DNA from: Sminthopsis crassicaudata
Taxonomy: Eukaryota
Assembly (NCBI RefSeq): GCF_048593235.1
Contig: NC_133618.1
Coordinates: 406,676,562 to 406,740,561 of the forward strand
DNA length: 64,000 nucleotides
Reading direction: 5' to 3'
The notes under the pieces were generated by a model. It made no database searches, was not told where the DNA came from, and saw only the letters and a program-made list of their open reading frames with translations. Positions 43,031 to 52,806 of the stretch are shown piece after piece. A program made the position numbers and the translations under genes. Numbering within the stretch: the first letter of the stretch is position 1; each line of letters begins with the position of its first letter.

Positions 43031-44095
43031 ATTCTCAGGTCATCTAATCCAACTCTTCCTTTTTTATAAATGAGGGTCAGGAAAATTAAAGCACTTACCT
43101 TTGGTCACATCATTAGCAAGTGGCAGAAATGATACTGAACCCATCTCTCCAGATTGTCCATGCAATTCTTTTTTCCTCTATGACACTTTCTGGTGAGAAG
43201 TGTAGAGGTATGAGGCAGAGGGAAACATTTCCCATGGATTCTTTTGTCACATGTTTCCAGTAATTGCTTATCTACTACTTCAGTTGTTCATCAATCTACT
43301 TTTTTGTTGTTTTTGTTTGTTGTTTGTCCTTCATTCTCAGAAGACCTATGACACTGGAATTCTTAACCCCTTTTGTCTTTTAAAGAGATAAATTTTGTTT
43401 GTTAAGTCGCACTAAGTCCCTATAGTATCTGTGATCCACAAGGGACCACAAGGATCATCTTCAAAGCTGGTGTCCATGTGAGCTGCTCACCTTTAAGTAA
43501 CTTTTAAAGCTAGAAATTCACCCCAAGCAAAATGATCTAGGTTTGAATTCCAGCTCTGCTGCTATGTAGACAGGCAAGTTATTTAAGTTCCATGAACCTG
43601 AGTTGCTTTATCTGTAAAGTGAAAGGACTGAACTAGATGCTTTCTCAGGTACCTTCCAACTCTAAGTAGATAATTCTTGATCCCTTCCTGGTTTCAGACT
43701 TCTGATCTAAAGAACTCTCTGCATTTTAGTGTCTTTATTCATAAAATAAAGGATCAAAGATAGAAACAAAAGTCCAACACATATCAAAATAAGCATGGCA
43801 ACAGTCTTTGTGGTAACAGAATCGGAAGCAAAGAGTACGCCTATAATATGTAAGTAACAATGACCAAAAAAGCTCACTGTGACATAAAAATATAAAGTAA
43901 TAGGATGTACTTGAAGAGCTAGAGTGCATTAAGTAGAACCAAAGAATAGTAAACACAATGATTATAACAAAGCAAAGGAGAACACTTGGAGGTGAGGTGA
44001 GGAATATTGTATATTTTATTAGAATTGTTCACTGTATTGGGGAATGGGGTTAGTATTTCCAAAAATAAAAGGAGCATCAATAAAACATTTACTTT

Positions 44096-44230
44096 AAAAA
44101 AAAATTTTATTTACAAAATGTATGTATGAGTAATTTTTCATATTGACACTTGCAAAACCTTTTATTCCAATCTTTCCCCTCCTCCCCACTCCCTCCCCCA
44201 GATGGCAGGTAGACCAATACATTTTAAATA
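44096..44230 (-). mobile_element. Very short (about 135 bp) 5'-truncated LINE-1 3' end
   Basis: CCCCTCCTCCCCACTCCCTCCCCCAGATGGCAGGTAGACC resembles 1715-1755; 14-bp TSD aaaacat[t/g]tacttt at 44082-44095 and 44231-44244. Confidence 0.8.
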
Positions 44231-44677
44231 AAAACATGTACTTTTAATGAATAAAATTCGGGCTTTAGTCTAAAGGTTCTCTAAAGTTCCTTCTTGCAAA
44301 AAAAAAAAAAAAACTATGACCCTTTAACCTCTGGGAAACTGGGTACTATTTATAGTAACTACTTGAGCCCTGGGATAATTAGCATTTCTGTTGTTACAAA
44401 AGTCAACAAAAAGTAATGTTTACTTGATAAAATGCTATGTTGATCAAAAAGTTTGAAGGCTACTCCTCAATCAATCAGCAATAATAAAACCATGGTAATG
44501 AGAAATTAAAAGCATCCCAAAATAGAGTCAGAGAAATTCTAAGAACCACTGACCCTTGGTTTTGAATGTACACATAAATTCGCACATTCCACTATAAATA
44601 AAACTCCTCCCACACTCACCCCTATTTTCTGCAAAGCCTTAACTCCTTCAGACCTCACTGGGGGCCAACAGAGAAAC

Positions 44678-44696
44678 TGGCCAGTAGGTGGCATCA
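44678..44696 (+). promoter_or_regulatory. Candidate CTCF site
   Basis: TGGCCAGTAGGTGGCATCA versus consensus TGGCCACCAGGGGGCGCTA; the core CCAGTAGGTGGCA fits CCASYAGRKGGCR. Confidence 0.65.
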
Positions 44697-46914
44697 GACA
44701 ACCCTGGGTCATGAAAGGATAATGGGCAAAGTGAAAAGTCTACTGTTGGCTCTAGAACTGACATAGCCTCACATAGTCCCTTAACTTAAATTTTCTTTAA
44801 TAATGTACAGTTCTCATTAGCAAGGTAAACTAATTTTGGCTAATTTCTTATAGACTGAGACCAAATGCACCATATAAAAAATGGTGTATTATACTTTGGG
44901 CTATTTATGGAACCTTCTTAGCTTTTTCAAGAAATATTTAAATACACATACACACACCTCTTTATAGAGGCAAGGGTATATACTTTTAGAACTGAATACA
45001 TTGTCAAGTTTTTTCTAATATGTTGGGGAAAAATCTCCCTTTCTTGAAGAATTATTCTTTGTCAAAGGAGATGACTCTCTGATAGATAATGAGTGATATA
45101 TTGAAAATATGGATGATTTGAAAGCCAAAGAAAACAAAATTTATTTTATTTAAAAATGAAATATTTAGGAGAGAGAATACCTTGTCATGATATCTTTGAG
45201 GGCACTGAAGGATTCATACTCTCAGAGGACATTAGAGCTGAAAGGAACTTTTAAACTTTTTCCTTTTAGAGAAGACCAAAGGCCAAAGAGACAAAGGAGG
45301 GGAGTTAGTGTGAGATAAAGGCTGGATGGAGCTCCTGACTCCTAAACACTTTCTATAGAATTTTCTTCTCTCTTTACCAAGGGAGAGTTTTTAGGAATCA
45401 AAACAGTTAAAGTATGACAGCATGGTGTAATGGATAGAGGACTGGATTGGGATTCAGTTGAACTGTATTCTCATCCTGCCTTTACTATCTGTGTAGTCTC
45501 ATGCAAGTCATACAACTTCTAAAGACTTCAGTTTCCACCACTGTAAAACCAGGAAGTTGGGTAGCTAAATGACCTCTAAGCTCCCTTCCAGTGTAAGTCT
45601 ATAATCCTATGGTTTATGTCCCAGGGTTGAATGGGACAGTCCCATTTTGCAGAATGAGGAAGGAACTATGAGCTTCAAAGTATTACCATTAATCCCCCCA
45701 ATTCAAAAAAACCTTTATTAAGCATCTCTATGCAAGGCAAGGTCCTATGCGAGGCAGTGGAAATGCACAGTATAACAACATTTTAACAAAGTATTTGACA
45801 CTGTCGTGCTTCTCTTAAGAACAAGGTGACAAGATATGGATCAGAAAGTGGTTTATGTTTAAATGGTTGAATGAAATTCAACCAGAAATGGTTTGATAAC
45901 CAACGAAGGCTTTATGGTAAGACAGTACATGACTTAACCATGGAAGGAAGGACTTCATCACAGGAAAATATATGGCAAGGATCATAAGTCTAGAGCCCTA
46001 AGGAAACTCAAAAGCGTTCTACCTGACTACAGATGAGGAAATTGTGGTCCAGGGAAGATTAAATGACGGTCAAGTAGTGAATATCTGAAATAGGACTTGA
46101 ACCCAGGTCCTCTCACTCCAAAGCCAGTGCTCTTTCTACCACACTACTACACTATGTTAATTTTAGGCATTGGGTGACTTGTGAAGGGGGTGACATTAGA
46201 TGGGAAAAGATAGGGAAAAATAGGAAGGATGGAGATTAGTCAATAAAGAGGCGATGTAGAATACTGGAACAGAGTGAACATACTGGAACAGTATGATATC
46301 AGGCTCGAAAGGTAGATTAGAGTTGGACTAGAGTGTGGAAAGCCTTGAATGCCAGAATCAGAGATATTAAAGTAGTAAGAGACCTGTGCTCATAGACCTG
46401 CATGAAGGGAGGATGGGGTACACAACAACCTCTCAAGCTGCCAGTCTTTTAAAAGGGATCTGATATGTTTGATAGGTGCAGTTGTGCTCAAAATATGGAG
46501 CACTTGGGCCTAGATTCGGAAGAAAAGGGTCTTTGAGGTATGTGGACTTGAACCTAGTCAGCTGCTGTTCTCATCCCGCTCCTTCCCCTCCCTTTGCTCC
46601 AACGCTGCGCGGTCCCCTCTCGGAGAGAGAGACTTCAGTGCACAATTCCCATCCCAGTCCCCGCCTCCTGCTCAGTCAGGCCCCTGGGCCCGGCCTGGGG
46701 AAGCCGGCAGAGCCCTGGCCTGATGGTGGGAGAACGATTTAGAGTCCTTCCGCCCTTCCGCCCGGGTCCAGGTGAGGGGATCGCGGCCACTTGGGGAAGA
46801 ACACGGTGGCTGGGGCCATTTCCTGCTCTTTGTGTGACACATTTGGAGGCAGCGGCGGCTGAGGCAAGAGGAGGAGAAGGGGGAGGCGAAGGGGGGCGGG
46901 GGCGAAGGCGGGGC

Positions 46915-47064
46915 CCGGAGCCGCCGGCGGAGCGGAGCCGGAGCCAGAGCATCCTGAGCCCCGGCCCCGGCCCCGGCCCCGGCCCCGGCCCCCGCTGCAC
47001 CCGAGGGCCCCTCCCCAGGATCCGCCGCAGACCCAGCGGCTACCTCGCCCGCCGCAGATGCCAG
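46915..47064 (+). other. CYFIP2: CYFIP2 exon 1 (5' UTR; start approximate), donor CCAG/gtaagc at 47064/47065
   Basis: Blocks GAGCATCCTGAGCCCCGGC and GGCCCCTCCCCAGGATCCGCCGCAGACCCAG resemble the recalled human CYFIP2 5' UTR; strong 5' splice site; same order and strand downstream of ITK as in human. Confidence 0.8.
46958..46992 (+). repeat. (GGCCCC)5 hexanucleotide repeat plus a partial unit
   Basis: Five perfect units at 46963-46992, preceded by GCCCC. Confidence 0.95.
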
Positions 47065-47629
47065 GTAAGCGATGCCCGGGGCTGCGCAGCCCGGGGGGGG
47101 GGGGGAATGCGTGGCTTCAGAACGAAAACGGGGCAAAGATCAATAAGGATGGGGATGGAGATGGGAATGGGGATCGGCAGCTGGAGTCCGAGAGGGGCAC
47201 GATCACCCCAGCTGTCCCTATCCCTTTTCCACCATCCTCAGGGCACAGCGTTCAGGGGCGCACCGAGCTGTTCGGGACTGGACATGAGGGCCCTGCGGGT
47301 CCTGGCCCCGCGATTCTCCCTCCCTCTCCTCTGATGTCCGTCGGGGCCAGCGCCGAGTCCAGCCCCTCCCTCTCTTTCAGCCGGGTGGCCACTTCTGGGC
47401 CCCAGGCGAGCCCAGAAGGGCCGGGGCGCACGCGGCCCCTCTCCTGAGAGGGGGCGGGGGTGTGTGGAGGGAGGCGTCCGGGGGCTCCGCCAGTCCCCAC
47501 CGGCTCCCAGAGGAGCCGGGGCAGGGGCATAACGGGATCTGTCTGTAGCAGGTGCGGGCCCCAGGGCCGGAGGAGCGGAGGGGAGAGAGGAAGCGGCTCT
47601 CCCACAATGCCTAGAGACACCTGCAGCGG

Positions 47630-47800
47630 CGGCACGGCAGCATCCCCGCGCCTTGTTTACTGCAGAGCAGGAGCCGCCGCCTCTGCTGCCATCGCAGCCG
47701 CCACCACCGCTGCTGCTACTGTCCAGGGCCGCCCCCCATCCAGCACCCGCCCTTCCCCCTCACCCTTGTCCCCCTCCCTCTGCCCTTTCCATTGGTGGCC
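47630..47800 (+). other. Possible alternative CYFIP2 first exon or second promoter module
   Basis: Second GCC/CCG-rich UTR-like block with a TGTTTAC forkhead motif; no clear splice donor identified. Confidence 0.3.
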
Positions 47801-48899
47801 CTTAGATTTATGATGAATTGCTGGATTTGAGGGGAACGTGGGAGCTTGAGCTGGGATTCTGGGAGGAGCAAAGGACACAGGGAGGATTCAGGAGAGAGCT
47901 GAAGAACCACAGAATGTCACAGCTCGGGGACTTAAGACAGGAAGACTGCTGTCACCATAAGGTGTCAGGCGCTCATTGGCTCCTCCCAGTCAATGGCCTT
48001 CTGGGGTGGGTAGGAAAATAAATCTAGGAAACTAGGCTCTTACTACCTGGTGATAAAGGTCAAGATCTTCTGCCTAACATTCAAGACCTTCCCCAACCTC
48101 GAACCATCCTCGATTTCTTTTCTTGTCTCACATTTCTCCCCTGAGAGAATTCTGTGCTCCAGCCAAAGAGGACAAATTCCAGAGACAAACTGAGCTCTCT
48201 GTGAATCTGAAGCACCTTGGTTCTCACGCTGTTTCCCCCGTTTGGAATGTCTCTCTTTTTAATTGCTGTATTTTTAGCCAGGCTTTAAAACCCAACTCAA
48301 TTTCCCCCTCCTAGGATGTCTTCAGTTTTGCTCCTTTCGTCAAAGAATTTCCCCCTTGACACTCAGGGAGTATTTTGTTTAGTACTCCTAGAAACAGGTA
48401 TCATGTAATACTGTGTTTAACAGCTATTTTTGCTGAGGTTTGATTCCTTCTAAATATCCACTATAGTCATTGTCAATCCTGTTGAAAACCTTAGCTTAAA
48501 AAGGCCAAGGTCTCCCACTGCATCCAGGGCCATTTCCAGTCCTCCTGATTTATACCTGGCCACTGGATCTAGATGGCTCTGGAGGGGAAAGTGAGGCAGG
48601 TGCCCTTGCACAGCTCTCCCTCACTTAAGTCCAACTTACTTGCATGTCATGGCATCGTCTCCCAGATGTCATAGTCCTTTTTGAGAGTGAAGAATAAACA
48701 ACAATCTCTGTGAGTAAAGCTGATTGAAAACTGGAATAGGTCACTTGGAAAACTTCCTTCCTTCCTTCTTTCCTTCTTTCTTTTTCTCCTTTCTTTCCCT
48801 TCCTCTGTTGACATAGGATATCATGCCCTTATCTATTGATGCCCTTAAAACCACTTTTTTCCTTTTCTTTTGGATCTCTGAATGAGTACATATCTATGG

Positions 48900-48901
<2 letters not shown>

Positions 48902-48950
<49 letters not shown>
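48902..48950. repeat. (AC)n microsatellite
   Basis: Direct reading. Confidence 0.95.
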
Positions 48951-50325
48951 TGTGTGGGCACACGTACACATATGATGTTGAATTGTGCAGAGCCACTATG
49001 TGAGGGAATATTATGCAGAAATATCTTGAATTTTCAGGGAGAAGTTTATATGTATGTAACTAGATGACTAGAGATTGAGTGGGCCGCCAGAATCAAGTGA
49101 ATGAAAAGATGAACAGAGTACAAGTGTAGACCATGCTTGTGGCCAATCAGCTCACTTCATGGAGACTCAGTTTCCTCAAGTAGGGTCAGTGTCCTCACAA
49201 ATACCTGGAAAATGCTGAAAAATTATCAGCTTTCCCCCAAAAGTGATTTGGCCTATATTGTACCACTGAGAACCAGGGAGTAAAAAGGCCTTTTTCTTCT
49301 TTAACCTACTTTCTAACACCATATCTACTGGTACTATTTACTGGTGCTATGTGACTTTTCTATGGCAAATAGCAGCCTCCACCCAAGTCTGGGGCACACT
49401 GGTGTCACTTTCCCTTAACTACCTCATACTGGTGTGCCTTTTAGTTCTGTGGATCTGAATCTGTTCTTGGGAAGTTATTCAAAGACAATCAAAGTTTGGG
49501 AGACTAGAAAGAATTAGAAATATCACTTATAGGGAAGTACCAGAGAGCATTTAATCCTTGGACCAAATGGTGTGTGGTTGGCAGTTTGTTTTCTTTACTC
49601 CTAATCACCTCTACCACCTGCCAGCATTTACTGACCTCGTGCTCAGTCACTTTTCTGACCTCTAAATTCTATTCAGAAAAGTCTTTGCTAAAGTCTTTTA
49701 CTTGAATGCATGTGTGTGCATGACACATATGTATAAAAAACTGCCCATTACTTCTTCCAGAGGTATTTGTCCCAGTCATTTACAAGCTGTATGGCCTGAA
49801 ACACATGACCTGGGCTTCAGGAAAACTGGGGGTGGAGTGGGGATAGACTAAAGTGATTTAAGTCGCTCTAAATCTTATGATTCTGTGATAGAGTTTTAAG
49901 CAAAAAAAAAAAAAATGAAACTCCAATAGTAAAATAATAATAATAACAAGTAATAGATTGTTTTGGTGGGGTATAGAAGTGGATGTGAGGGTGAAACATT
50001 AGAAGACTAGTCCATTGAGGGAGTATANNNNNNNNNNNNNNNNNNNNNNNNNNNNNNNNNNNNNNNNNNNNNNNNNNNNNNNNNNNNNNNNNNNNNNNNN
50101 NNNNNNNNNNNNNNNNNNNNNNNNNNNNNNNNNNNNNNNNNNNNNNNNNNNNNNNNNNNNNNNNNNNNNNNNNNNNNNNNNNNNNNNNNNNNNNNNNNNN
50201 NNNNNNNNNNNNNNNNNNNNNNNNNNNNNNNNNNNNNNNNNNNNNNNNNNNNNNNNNNNNNNNNNNNNNNNNNNNNNNNNNNNNNNNNNNNNNNNNNNNN
50301 NNNNNNNNNNNNNNNNNNNNNNNNN

Positions 50326-50349
50326 GAGACAGAAGCACAAAGAGAGAGA

Positions 50350-50428
<79 letters not shown>

Positions 50429-50450
50429 AGTGCAAGAGACAGAGACAGAA
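50326..50450. repeat. (GA)n microsatellite island between two N-gaps
   Basis: Direct reading. Confidence 0.95.
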
Positions 50451-51438
50451 NNNNNNNNNNNNNNNNNNNNNNNNNNNNNNNNNNNNNNNNNNNNNNNNNN
50501 NNNNNNNNNNNNNNNNNNNNNNNNNNNNNNNNNNNNNNNNNNNNNNNNNNNNNNNNNNNNNNNNNNNNNNNNNNNNNNNNNNNNNNNNNNNNNNNNNNNN
50601 NNNNNNNNNNNNNNNNNNNNNNNNNNNNNNNNNNNNNNNNNNNNNNNNNNTTCTTCAAGATTTTACTAAGTGCCCAGCACCTAATTGTGTGAGGTTATGA
50701 ACTGAATTTGATCTCTCCCCCCCAAAATTTGATATTTTTACTTGTTGCTGTCCTGCACAGGACCTAGCTTTCAGGCAGAAGGAAATAGGGCAGTGTTACT
50801 GCTTATAAAGCTGGGTGCCATTGGCCAGCTCTGAACGCTGAGACTCCTGCCTGGCAGCATTAGCTTTCCCCTTCTTTAAGCTCTCTCCCCTTCTCTAAGC
50901 TCTTTTATTATATTTCCTGTCCAGTTCTGACTGGCTCCACAGGCACCCAAGCCTTCCTGCATGATACATGCTGGAAAGCAGAAGGGCAAAAACTTGTTCT
51001 ATGTCATAGGTTAAGCTTGCTTAATTGTCAGGATTGAATACAAATCAAATAAACCTGAGGTTTTAGGGTGGAGGAGCCATTTAAGACCACAGACTATCTC
51101 AAAGAAAGAAAAAGAACAGGAAAAAATAAAAGACTGGAAGGGGGGAGGTAAAGGAAAAGAGGGAGCAGATACAGAACACAATATGTCTTCTTAATAATTC
51201 ATATCCCCACTGTGCTCATTCATTGGGAGGCTCCATTTCCCATAGAACACTTTTCCTGTGTTCCTAACACTGACCAGCAAGCAAAATTAGGTAAGAAATA
51301 AAGCAGGCTGCTCATTAACATTGGGAACAGCTCTTCTAAAATTAGCACAGGGCACAAATTGACATTTATCAACCTCCAGCTTTGAAGATTTGGCACAATC
51401 TCAAAGAGTGTCCTGGGGACCACTGTTGGCTGCAGAGG

Positions 51439-51457
51439 ACTCCACTAGGTGGCCTTA
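51439..51457 (+). promoter_or_regulatory. Candidate CTCF site
   Basis: Core CCACTAGGTGGC at 51442-51453. Confidence 0.55.
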
Positions 51458-52766
51458 AAACTGGTGATTTTAGTCATAATGGTGATACCGTGAAGATATC
51501 TCTGTTTTAGTGTGATTTAACTTTTTATTTTTATGTAATAACACCAGGAATCGGTCCGCCCCATTGATATATTAAGAGAGGCATGATATCTAGGAATAGG
51601 TGGCTAGACAAACTACTGGGTCAGATGATATCTGTAGGATCAGATTCAATTCTAGAAAGAACATTTGGGGGATATTATTGATAAACAAGAGGAGATGAAA
51701 ATTAGAGATTCTCTGGTAAGACAGAGGTGATTGAACATCACTTAAGAATTGATGTTATTTATTTAGCCTGGAGGGGAAAAAAGGCTTTAATAATAATAAC
51801 TAGCATTTATATAATGATTTAAACTGTTATGGGAGAAATATCTCCCCTCTGAGTTCAAATGGTAGGTAATTGCTGCCAAATATATGTTTACCATAATGCA
51901 GAAATTATGGGGGTAAAAACCTGGGTTTTATTATTATGCCCAAGCATAGGTTCAGACTTGAGAGGAAACTGGAACAATCATTAGGATTCAATAAGGTTTC
52001 TCATAGGCAAAATTATATCAGAATAACAAAAATAATTCTTTTAAATTTTGTATTCCTATATATTCCTCATATGGCCATAAAAGTTAAATAGAAGATCTAT
52101 AATTTTATACTTCCTTCAATGTCTTAAAAGTTGAACAAAGTCTTAATCTCATACATTCCTTAAGGAAGCAGACTTTTTCGAACAAACTTTCTAAGTAAGT
52201 CAGGTTACAGACTCAACTACATTTAGAGGATTCACAAATAGACTGAGGGAGAAGAGAATTTGTTGCCAAGAAATCAGGGACTTGAGATTTTTCTTCTGGC
52301 TTCTCAACAAGGAATGCTTAGAGCCTTTAAGTAAATTTTTACATCCTATGGGATAGTTCTTATTCAAGAGAGGTCATATTTTTTTAAAAAAGACTTTTAG
52401 TTAACCAAAATTTATAGGAGAAATGGCTCTGAATCCCAAATTATACAAGGAAATAAATTCCCATAACAAAGCAATACAAGGCACTGCATAAATATCATCT
52501 AATCAAATAATTCACACAAAAATTCTGAGAGGTAACTGCTATTATTACTCCCTTTTTCATAATTGAGGAAACTGAGGCAGACAGAAATTAAGTGATTTGG
52601 TCAGGGTTACATAGCTAGTAAGTGTATGAGGCTACATTTGAACTCAGGTCTTTCTTACTCCAGATCCTATACTCAACCTACTGTGACACCTCTTTGTATT
52701 CAAGACTTTGAGGGGCTATCACTTGTTCTGTTTGGCCAGAGGGTGGTACTAGGAACTTTGAGGTGA

Positions 52767-52771
<5 letters not shown>

Positions 52772-52804
<33 letters not shown>
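52772..52804. repeat. Poly(A) run of 33 nt; another of 28 nt at 61097-61124
   Basis: Direct reading. Confidence 0.95.

Positions 52805-52806
<2 letters not shown>

Larger units (their letters stand above)
46550..47800. promoter_or_regulatory. CpG island / CYFIP2 promoter with GC boxes (46893-46901, 46907-46914) and tandem CTTCCGCC ETS/Sp-like motifs (46747-46762)
   Basis: Abrupt GC- and CpG-rich, repeat-free block in an otherwise AT-rich, CpG-depleted window. Confidence 0.9.

Noticed and set aside
46476-47910. Eleven overlapping ORFs (up to 246 aa) on both strands, rich in Pro, Gly, Arg and Ala
   Set aside because: Expected from stop-codon scarcity in a CpG island. No domain is recognisable, and they run across a strong splice donor.
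45500-48500. Search for a p53 response element, since CYFIP2/PIR121 is described as p53-inducible
   Set aside because: No convincing pair of RRRCWWGYYY half-sites was seen by eye; a PWM scan would be needed.
52772-52804. A33 run as a possible solo poly(A) retro-insertion
   Set aside because: No TSD is visible. It sits inside an L3 remnant and is more simply a homopolymer expansion; its length is also unreliable in a draft assembly.
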